64,000 nucleotides of DNA from Cypionkella sp. GTDB taxonomy: Bacteria > Pseudomonadota > Alphaproteobacteria > Rhodobacterales > Rhodobacteraceae. The translations under genes and the position numbers were made by a program. The notes under the pieces were generated by a model, which made no database searches, was not told where the DNA came from, and saw only the letters and a list, made by a program, of their open reading frames with translations. This document shows, piece by piece, positions 1 through 8,936 of the stretch. The stretch's first letter is position 1. Each line of letters opens with the position of its first letter. The stretch is taken from NCBI RefSeq assembly GCF_023255415.1, contig NZ_JALRIN010000010.1. The stretch is one strand, 5' to 3'.

Positions 1-767
1 GCACCATGATGCGCTCGACCGGCATCGGCTTTGTGGCAGGCGTGCTGCCCGGTGCAGGTGCAAGCCTTGGCAGCTTTATGGCCTATATGGCGGAAAAGGG
101 CTATGTCGGCAGCTCGGGCTACTTTGGCAAGGGCGACCCGCGCGGTGTCGCCGCCCCCGAGGCCGGCAACAATGCTGCGGCAGGCGGGGCGATGGTGCCG
201 ATGCTGACGCTGGGCGTGCCGGGATCGGGCACCACGGCAGTGATGCTGGCGCTGTTGCTGACGCTGAACATCACCCCCGGGCCGCTGCTGTTCAAAGATC
301 ACCCCGATGTGGTCTGGGGGCTGATTGCCTCGATGTTCATCGCCAATGTCGTGCTGTTGGTCATGAACGTGCCGATGGTAAAGCTGTTTGTCAAAGTGCT
401 GCTGGTGCCGGCTTGGGTGCTGATGCCAATGGTGACGATGGTCAGTTTTGTCGGCATCTTTAGTCTGACGGGCAGCTATTTTGACATGATCTTGATGATC
501 TTCTTTGGCGCTTTGGGCTATTTACTGCGCAAGCTGGATGTGCCGACGGTTCCGGTGATCTTGGGCATTCTGCTGGGGTCAGAAATGGAAGACGCACTGC
601 GGCGTGCCATGGTGCTGTCGGATGGCGATTGGAGCTATCTGTTCTCTTCGCCCATCGCCATCGGGCTTTGGGTCGCGGCCATAGGCGGTTTCTTGGCACC
701 GCTGTTCTTGCGTGGCAAACTTCGCAAGCCAATTCCTGTCAGCGATACAACGCTCGACCAAGACTAA
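1..767 (+). CDS. TctA-family tripartite tricarboxylate transporter large permease, C-terminal part (gene starts upstream of window)
   Basis: ORF 6..767 is open to the window edge. Very hydrophobic. GVLPGAGASLGSFMAY and PEAGNNAAAGGAMVPMLTLGVPGSG stretches are typical of TctA. Confidence 0.8.
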   Translation, partial: TMMRSTGIGFVAGVLPGAGASLGSFMAYMAEKGYVGSSGYFGKGDPRGVAAPEAGNNAAAGGAMVPMLTLGVPGSGTTAVMLALLLTLNITPGPLLFKDHPDVVWGLIASMFIANVVLLVMNVPMVKLFVKVLLVPAWVLMPMVTMVSFVGIFSLTGSYFDMILMIFFGALGYLLRKLDVPTVPVILGILLGSEMEDALRRAMVLSDGDWSYLFSSPIAIGLWVAAIGGFLAPLFLRGKLRKPIPVSDTTLDQD

Positions 768-776
768 GGAAAGCCG

Positions 777-2135
777 ATGACAACGCGTGTGCTGGTGCCA
801 TCTGGGGTTTTGGGGCTGGGCTTTGACCATGCGGCCCTTGCGCGCGGCATAGCCGCCCGCCCCGACATCATCGCCATCGACGGAGGGTCCACCGACAGTG
901 GGCCCTTCTCACTTGGCGCGGGGCAGTCGAAATATGCGCGCGCAGCCACAAAGTCGGAATGGCGCGCGCTGATGCTGGCGCGCGCCGAGGCCGGTGTGCC
1001 CCTGGTGATTGGCACCTGCGGCACCTGTGGCACCGACAGCACGGTGGATTGGATGTATGACATCACCGCCGAAATCGCCGCCGAACTCGGCCAAAGCCTG
1101 AAAATCGCGCGGCTTTATTGCAGCCAAAGCCCGATAAGCGTGATCGCGGCCCTTGGCATGGGCCAGATCGCCCCCCTGACCCCCGCCCCGCCGATCAGTG
1201 CCGAAGCTTTGGGCCAGATGACCCATATCGTCGCCCTTGCAGGGGCCGAGCAGGTGCAGGCAGCGCTTGCCACCGGTGCCGATATTATCCTCTGCGGTCG
1301 CACCACCGATACTGCGATCATCGCAGCCCTGCCCTTGCTGCGCGGCGATCATGCGGGGGGCGCTTGGCATGGCGCAAAAATCGCCGAATGCGGCGCGCTG
1401 TGTTCCACCAACCCGACCACGGGCGTGATCATGGTCGATTTCGATGCCGCAGGCTTTAGCGTCGAACCTATGGCACTGGACGCCGCCTGCACGCCGCATT
1501 CGGTCTCGGCGCATATGCTTTACGAGAATGCCGATCCGTTCATTCTGCACGAACCGGGCGGCCATCTGGATGTGCGCGGCGCAAGCTATCTGGCACTGGA
1601 CGCGCGCCGGGTGCGGGTTGAAGGCTCGATCTGGCAGCCGGGCCCCTACACGGTGAAACTTGAAGGCGCGCGCATCGCGGGCTATCAAACCACCATCCTT
1701 GCCAGCCTGCGCGCACCGCATTACGTCGCCCATGCCAAAGATTGGGTGGCGAGGCTGACGGCGTTTCTGCACGCCGATATCGCCCGCAAAATGGCGCTGC
1801 CAGCGGAAAGCTACCAGCTTGAATTTCGCCTGATCGGGGTTGATGCCACGCTGGGCGCGATGGAAAACCGCAGTGCCGAGCCGGTCGAGGTTGGGGTGCT
1901 GGGTCTTATCACCGCCCAAACCCAAGCCATCGCCGCCGAGATTGGCAAGCTGATCAACCCTTGGGTGCTGCATTTCCCGCTTACCGCCAGTGAAGAGTTG
2001 CCGACCTTTGCCTTTCCCTATTCGCCCGCCACAACTGACCGTGGCCCGCTTTACGAATTTGCGCTGAACCATGTGCTGCATCTGGCCGACCCGATGTCGG
2101 CCTTTCGTCTGGTGCTAAGCGAGGTGACAGCATGA
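777..2135 (+). CDS. AtuA-like / DUF1446 family protein
   Basis: 452-aa ORF with AAGGAAAG RBS before ATG 777. N-terminus (IAIDGGSTDSGP...) resembles DUF1446/AtuA-like proteins as I remember them. ATGA overlap with the next gene. Confidence 0.7.
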   Translation: MTTRVLVPSGVLGLGFDHAALARGIAARPDIIAIDGGSTDSGPFSLGAGQSKYARAATKSEWRALMLARAEAGVPLVIGTCGTCGTDSTVDWMYDITAEIAAELGQSLKIARLYCSQSPISVIAALGMGQIAPLTPAPPISAEALGQMTHIVALAGAEQVQAALATGADIILCGRTTDTAIIAALPLLRGDHAGGAWHGAKIAECGALCSTNPTTGVIMVDFDAAGFSVEPMALDAACTPHSVSAHMLYENADPFILHEPGGHLDVRGASYLALDARRVRVEGSIWQPGPYTVKLEGARIAGYQTTILASLRAPHYVAHAKDWVARLTAFLHADIARKMALPAESYQLEFRLIGVDATLGAMENRSAEPVEVGVLGLITAQTQAIAAEIGKLINPWVLHFPLTASEELPTFAFPYSPATTDRGPLYEFALNHVLHLADPMSAFRLVLSEVTA

Positions 2136-2428
2136 AGCTTGGCGAACAGGTTCTAAAAGTGCGATCAAAGAATGCAGGGCCGTTTTGGGTGACGATAGAT
2201 GTGTTTTGCGGAACTTCGGCGGCTTTTGACAAGGTCAACGCAACCCTGAAAACCCAAGCGGTGGCCGCGCTTTATGGCTGCCCGCTGCACTTGGTAAAGC
2301 GCTTTGATATTGCGGATTTAAGCGTGATCAAATTCTCGATCCCGCGCCCGGTGGTGCAGGGCTCTGCGCGCGATCGCGACATGCATGGCGCGCAATGGGG
2401 CATCTTGCTGGAAGAGGCGGATTTGTGA
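2132..2428 (+). CDS. DUF4387-like small protein (usual partner of DUF1446)
   Basis: 98-aa ORF translationally coupled to the upstream gene. KNAGPFWVTIDVF motif. Confidence 0.6.
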   Translation: MKLGEQVLKVRSKNAGPFWVTIDVFCGTSAAFDKVNATLKTQAVAALYGCPLHLVKRFDIADLSVIKFSIPRPVVQGSARDRDMHGAQWGILLEEADL

Positions 2429-3459
2429 GCTATTTCACCCGCACGCGGCTGATCACTTTTGCGATTTCGGCGCTGGGGGTGGTGGCGTTTTTGCTGCTGC
2501 ACCTGCCCTTGCCGCTGTTGCTGGGGCCGATGCTGGGTTGCCTGAGTGCGGCTTTTGCAGGCGCCAAGCTGCAAGGACCGGGCGGCTTTGGCGTGTTCAT
2601 GCGGACTTTTTTGGGGGTGGCGGTGGGATCTTCGATCACGCCGGCGATCCTTGGGCAGTTGCAGCACTTTGCGAGCAGTCTGATCTTTGTGCCCGCCTAT
2701 ATCGCGGTGATCGGGGCCTTGGGCTATCCGCTGTTTCGCTATGGCTTTGGCTTTAACCATGCCACGGCCTGGTATTCGGCGATGCCGGGCGGGCTGCAAG
2801 ACATGCTGGTTTTTGGCGAAGAGGCGGGGGGCGATGTGCGCGCGCTGTCCTTGATCCACGCCACCCGCGTGCTGGTGGTGGTGACCATCGCGCCTTTGGT
2901 GATGGTCGCCTATTGGGGCGTCGATCTGACCAAGCCACCCGGCGTGGCTGCCAGCGAGATTGCGCTGTCGCAGTTGGGGCTGATGGTGTTTGCAGGGCTT
3001 GCGGGCTGGAAAATTGCCGAGCGGGTGGGACTATTTGGCGCCTCGATCCTGGGGCCGATGATCTTGGCCGCGGCGCTGTCGATTGGCGGGGTGATCACCC
3101 ACCGCCCGCCAGCCGAGATTATCTGGGCGTCGCAGTTCTTTATCGGCATCGCGGTTGGAGTAAAATATGCAGGCATCACCCTGCGCGAGCTGCGGGTTTG
3201 CGTCGGTGCCGGCGTGGTCTATGCGCTGCTGCTGGCGCTAATCAGCCTGGGGTTTATCGAGCTGATCCATCTGTTTCACCTTGCCCCGCCCAAAGACGCC
3301 TTTCTGGCCTATCTGCCCGGGGGGCAGGCTGAAATGGTGGTGATCGCGATTTTGGCGGGGGCGGATCTGGCCTTTGTGGTCAGCCATCATCTGCTGCGGA
3401 TCATTTTGGTGATCATGATCGGGCCTTTGGTAGAGCGTCGGCTGCGGCGACCGTCCTAG
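2425..3459 (+). CDS. AbrB-duplication-type integral membrane protein ('putative ammonia monooxygenase' family)
   Basis: Track ORF starts at 2395, but GTG 2425 overlaps the upstream TGA (GTGA coupling). Multi-pass hydrophobic protein with two similar halves. Confidence 0.6.
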   Translation: MSYFTRTRLITFAISALGVVAFLLLHLPLPLLLGPMLGCLSAAFAGAKLQGPGGFGVFMRTFLGVAVGSSITPAILGQLQHFASSLIFVPAYIAVIGALGYPLFRYGFGFNHATAWYSAMPGGLQDMLVFGEEAGGDVRALSLIHATRVLVVVTIAPLVMVAYWGVDLTKPPGVAASEIALSQLGLMVFAGLAGWKIAERVGLFGASILGPMILAAALSIGGVITHRPPAEIIWASQFFIGIAVGVKYAGITLRELRVCVGAGVVYALLLALISLGFIELIHLFHLAPPKDAFLAYLPGGQAEMVVIAILAGADLAFVVSHHLLRIILVIMIGPLVERRLRRPS

Positions 3460-3469
3460 GCGGCGGTTT

Positions 3470-3532
3470 GGGGGTTTCACACCCCCAGCGCCTGCGGCGC
3501 TCCCCCGTGGGATATTTAGGCCAAGATGAAAG
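3470..3532 (-). repeat. Intergenic repeat copy A (core + AGCGCC/GGCGCT hairpin + GGGGG-TGTGAAA-CCCCC hairpin)
   Basis: Reverse complement reads CTTTCATCTTGGCCTAAATATCCCACGGGGG AGCGCCGCAGGCGCT GGGGGTGTGAAACCCCC. It begins 2 nt after the stop of the minus-strand phosphatase gene. Confidence 0.85.
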
Positions 3533-3534
3533 GG

Positions 3535-3999
3535 TTAGAGCGTGGTGGCCCAATGGTATTGCGCCTCGGTTTCCACAGCACAGGGGCGGGCTTGGCGCAG
3601 GCGGTGCAGCGCGAATGTTGCGGGCTCGCCTGCCTCGACCATCAGACGCAGCAGGGCAGAGCCCGAGCGGCCGCAGCCGCCCATACAGTGCAGCAGCACC
3701 TTTTGCCCCTGTGACAAGATCGCATGGGCTGCGGCAGAGATCTCTGGCCAGCCGGCTTGCGGGATGCCGTAGTCGGGCACCGGGAAGGGCAGCCATGCGA
3801 CCCCCATGGCGGCGAGATCCTGTGGCAAATCGGGGGCGGTCGCAGTCAACTCCTGCGGCAGGGTCAGGCTGATCACCAAAGACGGCCGCCAGAGGCGCAG
3901 AGCCTCAAGGTCGGCTGCGTAAAAGCCCGTGCGGCCTGGCATCGGGCAGATCCCCAAAACGCCGCGCCCCAGGGGCAGGTCTGCAATTGTCAGCCGCAT
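3535..3999 (-). CDS. Cys-based protein tyrosine / dual-specificity phosphatase-like protein
   Basis: 154-aa ORF with the CX5R P-loop HCMGGCGRSG. Confidence 0.7.
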   Translation of the reverse strand: MRLTIADLPLGRGVLGICPMPGRTGFYAADLEALRLWRPSLVISLTLPQELTATAPDLPQDLAAMGVAWLPFPVPDYGIPQAGWPEISAAAHAILSQGQKVLLHCMGGCGRSGSALLRLMVEAGEPATFALHRLRQARPCAVETEAQYHWATTL

Positions 4000-4069
4000 C
4001 TTCGCCTCTTAGGTTTACCTTCGCCCCTGCGCGCCCTAGTCTATAGTCAGTCGAATCCCAAGGGCCATC

Positions 4070-5824
4070 ATGACCGAAACCTCTGAACAAACCTATCAGG
4101 TTCTGGCGCGCAAATATCGCCCCGCGACTTTTGCCGATCTGGTCGGGCAAGAGGCCATGGTGCGCACCTTGAAAAACGCCTTCGCGGCCGAGCGGATTGC
4201 CCATGCTTTCATGATGACAGGCATTCGCGGCACCGGCAAAACTACCACTGCGCGCATCATCGCCAAGGGCTTGAACTGCGTGGGCCCCGATGGCACCGGC
4301 GGGCCCACCACCGAGCCTTGTGGCCGCTGTGAGCCCTGCATTGCCATTGCCGAAGGCCGCCATGTTGATGTGATGGAGATGGATGCGGCCTCGCGCACAG
4401 GCGTGGGGGATATGCGGGAAGTCATTGATTCTGTGCATTATCGCGCCGCCTCGGCCCGCTATAAGATTTATATCATCGACGAAGTGCATATGCTGTCGAA
4501 TGCCGCCTTCAACGCGCTACTGAAGACGCTGGAAGAGCCGCCTGCGCATGTGAAGTTTATCTTTGCCACCACCGAAATTCGCAAAGTGCCGGTCACGGTG
4601 CTGTCACGCTGCCAGCGCTTTGATTTGAAACGCATCGAGCCAGAGGTGCAGATTGCGCTTTTGCGCAAGATCGCCACGGCTGAGGGCGCACAGATTTCGG
4701 ATGGGGCTTTGGCGCTGATCACGCGTGCGGCCGAAGGTTCGGCACGTGATGCCACCAGCCTTTTGGATCAGGCGATCTCGAACGGGGCCGGAGAGACCAC
4801 CGCCGATCAGGTGCGCGCGATGCTGGGTCTTGCTGACCGTGGCCGGGTGCTGGATCTGTTTGATCTGATCATGAAGGGCGATGCGGCCGGGGCCTTGGCA
4901 GAGCTTTCGGGGCAATATGCCGATGGCGCGGACCCAATGGCCGTGCTGCGCGATCTGGCCGACATCACGCATTGGATATCGGTGATCAAAATCACTCCAG
5001 CCGCCGCCGAAGACCCGACGACACCGCAGGAAGAGCGCGAACGCGGGCTGGCGATGGCACAGGCCTTGCCGATGCGGGTGCTGTCGCGGATGTGGCAGAT
5101 GTTGCTGAAGGCCTTGGAAGAAGTGGCCTTTGCCCCCAATGCGATGATGGCGGCTGAGATGGCGGTGATCCGCCTGACCCACGTCTCGGATCTGCCCGAC
5201 CCTGAAACCTTGGTGAAAAAGCTGATGTCAGAGCCGCGCCCAAGCGGCGGCGGTGGTGGCGCACCTGCGGGTGGCGGCGCTGGCGGTGGCGGCATGGTGC
5301 ATAATTCCATGCGCATGGCACCCGCGTCACCCGCCCGCGGGCCGACGATGCAGGCTGGCCAAGCGCTTGCACTGGCGCAAGGCCAGATGCCGGTCTATGC
5401 GACCTTTGATCAGGTCGTGGCGCTGATCCGCGAAAAGCGTGACATGCGGCTGTTGATGGAGGTGGAAACCAGCCTGAAGCTGGCGAAATACGCCCCCGGT
5501 CGGATTGAATTTGAACCCACCGCCAATGCTGCCCCTGATCTTGCAGCACGGCTGTCGCAGCGGCTGCAAACTTGGACGGGCGAACGCTGGGGGGTGTCGA
5601 TCGTCTCGACCGGCGGGGCGGCGACGATTGCGCAAGAGCGCGACCGCGCCGAGGAAGACCAGCGCGCCGAGGTGATGGAAAACCCCTTGGTGCAGGCCGT
5701 GATCGCGGCCTTTCCCGGTGCCAAGATCAGCGAAATTCGCACTGCCGAGGCCATGGCCGCCTCTGCCGCCATCGAGGCTCTGCCCGAGATTGAAGACGAA
5801 TGGGACCCCTTTGAAGATGACTAA
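4070..5824 (+). CDS. dnaX: DNA polymerase III subunit gamma/tau
   Basis: Walker A GIRGTGKTT, Walker B IYIIDEVHML, SRC motif LSRCQRF, Cys cluster CGRCEPC, Gly-rich linker. dnaX-ybaB-recR synteny. Confidence 0.95.
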   Translation: MTETSEQTYQVLARKYRPATFADLVGQEAMVRTLKNAFAAERIAHAFMMTGIRGTGKTTTARIIAKGLNCVGPDGTGGPTTEPCGRCEPCIAIAEGRHVDVMEMDAASRTGVGDMREVIDSVHYRAASARYKIYIIDEVHMLSNAAFNALLKTLEEPPAHVKFIFATTEIRKVPVTVLSRCQRFDLKRIEPEVQIALLRKIATAEGAQISDGALALITRAAEGSARDATSLLDQAISNGAGETTADQVRAMLGLADRGRVLDLFDLIMKGDAAGALAELSGQYADGADPMAVLRDLADITHWISVIKITPAAAEDPTTPQEERERGLAMAQALPMRVLSRMWQMLLKALEEVAFAPNAMMAAEMAVIRLTHVSDLPDPETLVKKLMSEPRPSGGGGGAPAGGGAGGGGMVHNSMRMAPASPARGPTMQAGQALALAQGQMPVYATFDQVVALIREKRDMRLLMEVETSLKLAKYAPGRIEFEPTANAAPDLAARLSQRLQTWTGERWGVSIVSTGGAATIAQERDRAEEDQRAEVMENPLVQAVIAAFPGAKISEIRTAEAMAASAAIEALPEIEDEWDPFEDD

Positions 5825-5833
5825 GAGGTTGAA

Positions 5834-6178
5834 ATGCTAAAAGGTTTAGGCGGTCTTGGCGATATGGCCAAGATGATGAAAGCAGCGCAAGACATGCAGG
5901 CCAAAATGGCCGAGATGCAAGACGAGCTGGCTCGCACCGTGGTGATCGGCGAAGCGGGGGCGGGGCTTGTGAAGGCCCGCTGCACGGCCAAAGGCGAGGT
6001 GACGGGGCTGGATATTGACGCTTCGATCCTTGTGGCCTCGGAAAAAGAGGTGGTCGAAGATCTGATCTTGGCCGCACTGCGCGACGCGCAGACCAAAGCC
6101 GCCGCGCGGGGCCAGGCCGAGATGCAAAAGATGACCCAAGCGCTTGGCCTGCCGGCCGATATGAAACTGCCGTTCTGA
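5834..6178 (+). CDS. ybaB: YbaB/EbfC family nucleoid-associated protein
   Basis: 114 aa, typical N-terminus [15 protein letters not shown]. Located between dnaX and recR. Confidence 0.9.
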   Translation: MLKGLGGLGDMAKMMKAAQDMQAKMAEMQDELARTVVIGEAGAGLVKARCTAKGEVTGLDIDASILVASEKEVVEDLILAALRDAQTKAAARGQAEMQKMTQALGLPADMKLPF

Positions 6179-6189
6179 AGGCTGGCAGA

Positions 6190-6786
6190 ATGCAAGACAG
6201 CCGCGACATCGAAACGTTGATCGAGCTGATGGCGCGGCTGCCCGGTCTTGGCCCGCGCTCGGCGCGCCGGGCTGTGCTGACTTTGCTGAAAAAGCGCGAG
6301 GCGCTGATGGCGCCCTTGGCGCAAGCCATGGCCGGCGTGGCGCTTTCGGCCAAGGATTGCGGCATTTGCGGCAATATCAGCAGCCAGGCCACCTGCCCGA
6401 TTTGCGCCGACCCTGACCGCGCCACCGGCGAGATTTGCGTGGTGGAAGATGTAGCTGACCTTTGGGCGATGGAGCGGGGCCAAGCCTTTCGCGGCCGCTA
6501 TCATGTTCTGGGCGGCACGCTTTCGGCGCTGGATGCAATGGGGCCGGACGAGCTGGGCATCCCGCGCCTTGCCGCCCGGGTGGCAAGCGAAGGCATCACC
6601 GAAGTTATCCTTGCGCTGGGGGCCACCGTTGATGGCCAGACCACTGCGCATTACATCGCCGACAGTCTGGGCGGGGCAGAGGTGCAGATCACCTCGCTGG
6701 CCCAAGGCGTGCCGATTGGCGGCGAGCTGAACTATCTGGACGATGGCACCATCGGAGCCGCCCTGCGCGCGCGGCGCCGATTTTAG
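6190..6786 (+). CDS. recR: Recombination protein RecR
   Basis: 198 aa. [11 protein letters not shown] helix-hairpin-helix, C4 zinc finger (CGICG...CPIC), Toprim-like C-terminus. Confidence 0.95.
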   Translation: MQDSRDIETLIELMARLPGLGPRSARRAVLTLLKKREALMAPLAQAMAGVALSAKDCGICGNISSQATCPICADPDRATGEICVVEDVADLWAMERGQAFRGRYHVLGGTLSALDAMGPDELGIPRLAARVASEGITEVILALGATVDGQTTAHYIADSLGGAEVQITSLAQGVPIGGELNYLDDGTIGAALRARRRF

Positions 6787-6881
6787 GCGAAGCTTTGGGT
6801 CGCAGGCTGTGCTGGATCGCAGCAAAGACCGTTAAAGTTTGAAACCATCCAAAGACAAAACGTCAGATAAGGGCAAAGCAG

Positions 6882-7835
6882 ATGACGAAATCCATCCCAA
6901 TCGTCACAGGGTCTGACGATAACTATGCGATTGGCGTGGCTGGGCTGATCGCATCGCTTGGGCGCACCAACAGTGGCGTTGATTTGACGGTTCTAAGCCT
7001 GGGGATATCAGAGCAAAATCAGCAGCGCTTGATCGCGCTGGGTCATGCCTATGACGTAAGCGTTTCTGTGATCGAAATCGACAGGGCTTTGGTCGAAAAG
7101 CTTTGCGTGAAACGCAAACATATCACGGCTGCAACCTTCCTTCGGCTGTTGATTCCGGATCTCTTTCCCGAGGCAGAAAATCTGCTGTATCTGGACTGCG
7201 ACATGATGGTCCTGGGGTCTTTGCAGCCTTTATATGATCTGGATCTTGGCGAAAACTTGATCGGGGCGGTGATCGAGCCGCCGGTGTTTGATTTGCCCCA
7301 CGGGCAAACCCCGCATTGCGACATCAATGCCGGACTGCTTTTGATGAACATCCCAGCTTGGCGCGCGCAAAGCGTGGCTGAAACCTGTTTAGAACTTCTG
7401 TCCGATCCATCCTCAAGTTTCACTTTCGAAGATCAATCCGCAATAAATCAAGTCTGCGCGGGCAAGATCAGCTTTTTACCGCTATGTTGGAACACTCACG
7501 CCACACATGCGCTGCGCCAAGACTACCTTTATAAAAGCCCAGAACAGATCCGCGTTTTGCACTTTGTCGGCGACATAAAGCCCTGGAATTCTAAAACCAG
7601 TTTTTCGACGCTGTGGTGGAGTGCATTTGAGGGCGTAGATCTGCCGCGACCTCCCGTTGGACGCATTGCATTTTCGCGCAAACTCAGTCGCCTGAATCTT
7701 AAACGTCGCGAGGCGCTTGCGAAACTCAGGCGGCAGCCAAAGGCCTTGGTGCAAATTCAGTTTGAGGCAGCCCTTAAATCAACAATCATCCCACTGCTTG
7801 CCGACCGGATGAAGCCAGAAAGAAAACGCGCCTGA
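6882..7835 (+). CDS. Glycosyltransferase family 8 protein
   Basis: 317 aa. IVTGSDDNYA N-terminus and the DxD-containing YLDCDMMVLG are typical of GT8. Sampled lines are 30/60 and 28/60 G+C, versus about 40/60 in a sampled flanking gene line. Confidence 0.8.
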   Translation: MTKSIPIVTGSDDNYAIGVAGLIASLGRTNSGVDLTVLSLGISEQNQQRLIALGHAYDVSVSVIEIDRALVEKLCVKRKHITAATFLRLLIPDLFPEAENLLYLDCDMMVLGSLQPLYDLDLGENLIGAVIEPPVFDLPHGQTPHCDINAGLLLMNIPAWRAQSVAETCLELLSDPSSSFTFEDQSAINQVCAGKISFLPLCWNTHATHALRQDYLYKSPEQIRVLHFVGDIKPWNSKTSFSTLWWSAFEGVDLPRPPVGRIAFSRKLSRLNLKRREALAKLRRQPKALVQIQFEAALKSTIIPLLADRMKPERKRA

Positions 7836-8070
7836 CGACTGGCCGAGGCAGATTAGCGCCCTTGGGCATCCTGTAAGGTATGGCGCATCAAAACACTTTG
7901 TGCGGCATCACAAAAAGATCTTGAACTGCGATTTTCAGCGCCTATTTTTGGGAGGCGTTGTTATCTCTACTCGATCCCTGTCTCCGTTTGCGGCCACAGC
8001 TTTCGACCACAAGCTGACTGCGCCGAACCGCCGCAATCTCGCGGGCGGACTTGCTAGAGGAGACTTCACG

Positions 8071-8277
8071 ATGGCTAAGGGCACCGTGAAATGGTTCAAT
8101 GAAACCAAAGGTTACGGATTTATCGCACCAGAAGGCGGGTCGAAAGACGTCTTCGTTCACATCACAGCATTGGAGCGTGCGGGACTTCGGTCTTTGAAAG
8201 ATGGTCAAGCGGTGACGTTTGACATCGAAGCAGGCCGGGATGGCCGCGAATCGGCGATCAATCTGACTGTGGCGTGA
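8071..8277 (+). CDS. cspA: Cold-shock protein (CspA family)
   Basis: ATG 8071 after AGAGGAGA. 68 aa, MAKGTVKWFNETKGYGFI... with RNP motifs. The track ORF from 7900 reads through the long 5' leader. Confidence 0.9.
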   Translation: MAKGTVKWFNETKGYGFIAPEGGSKDVFVHITALERAGLRSLKDGQAVTFDIEAGRDGRESAINLTVA

Positions 8278-8295
8278 TCCAGCCACAGCTCTGAT

Positions 8296-8326
8296 AAAAA
8301 GGGCGGTCGAAAGCCTGCCCTTTTTT
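8296..8326. terminator. Bidirectional intrinsic terminator between cspA and the convergent gene
   Basis: AAAAA GGGCGG tcgaaag CCTGCCC TTTTTT: GC stem flanked by an A-run and a T-run. Confidence 0.6.
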
Positions 8327-8328
8327 CT

Positions 8329-8763
8329 TTAGGCAAAGCTCAGCGGATAGCGATGGCGCAGCGCATGTTCAAAGCCCATCCGGATCGACAGCGTAGTTAC
8401 AGGCGCGCGCAGCACCACCGGCTTGCCGCTGTCTTCGGGAAATTCTTGGGTTCGACACTCGCTTGAGACAAGGATCACCGGCACCCGATAGATCGCCTCG
8501 CCCATCAGCATATGCGCCCGACGCCCCGCCTCAAGCCCGCCGATATGGTCGCAGTCAACCACCAAAAGCCCGTATCCGACTGGATCATCGATCACGGCTT
8601 CAAGTCCGGTAAAAAGATCAGAATTGTCATCGATAGAGCCGCCCAATTGCATCAAGCGGTTCAACATCCCTTGGCCCATCGCCTCCCCCCTAACCAGCAT
8701 CACCCGAATGCTCAAGCCAACTGGCGCGACATAAAGTTGTTCAACTGAACGAAGGACCTGCAT
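8329..8763 (-). CDS. Receiver-domain-like (atypical/pseudo-receiver) protein
   Basis: 144 aa with AGGAGA RBS. Alternating beta/alpha pattern with LLVVDCD (acceptor-like Asp) and VPVILVSS. The N-terminal acidic pair is replaced by RGE. Confidence 0.5.
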   Translation of the reverse strand: MQVLRSVEQLYVAPVGLSIRVMLVRGEAMGQGMLNRLMQLGGSIDDNSDLFTGLEAVIDDPVGYGLLVVDCDHIGGLEAGRRAHMLMGEAIYRVPVILVSSECRTQEFPEDSGKPVVLRAPVTTLSIRMGFEHALRHRYPLSFA

Positions 8764-8936
8764 TATTGTCTCCTGTGGCAGTACATTTGGGCCCCGCTTT
8801 TAATCTTAACTGCAGTGTAAGGTTAAAGTGCCGGGCATTTCCGATATGTTTCGTAAGCTTTTAACCGTGATTAGACATTGAACCCTCGCCACCGCCACGC
8901 CATGATGGCGTAGAAAAAGCAGGAGTCTGACCCAGA

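Noticed and set aside
4000-4069. SRP (4.5S) RNA upstream of dnaX, as found in some bacteria
   Set aside because: The gap is only 70 nt and lacks the conserved GGAAGCAG-type domain IV sequence.
5215-5221. Possible dnaX programmed -1 frameshift site (GAAAAAG in GTG AAA AAG)
   Set aside because: It is not the A AAA AAG heptamer used in E. coli, and I saw no downstream stem-loop. Alphaproteobacteria are known to make the short form by other means.
5240-5295. GGC/GGT-rich run in dnaX
   Set aside because: It encodes the Gly-rich linker (SGGGGGAPAGGGAGGGG) of the tau subunit. It is low-complexity coding sequence, not a repeat element.
7900-8070. N-terminal 57-aa extension of the cold-shock ORF
   Set aside because: CspA-family proteins are about 68 aa. 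A good RBS precedes ATG 8071, and the upstream part is the usual long 5' leader.
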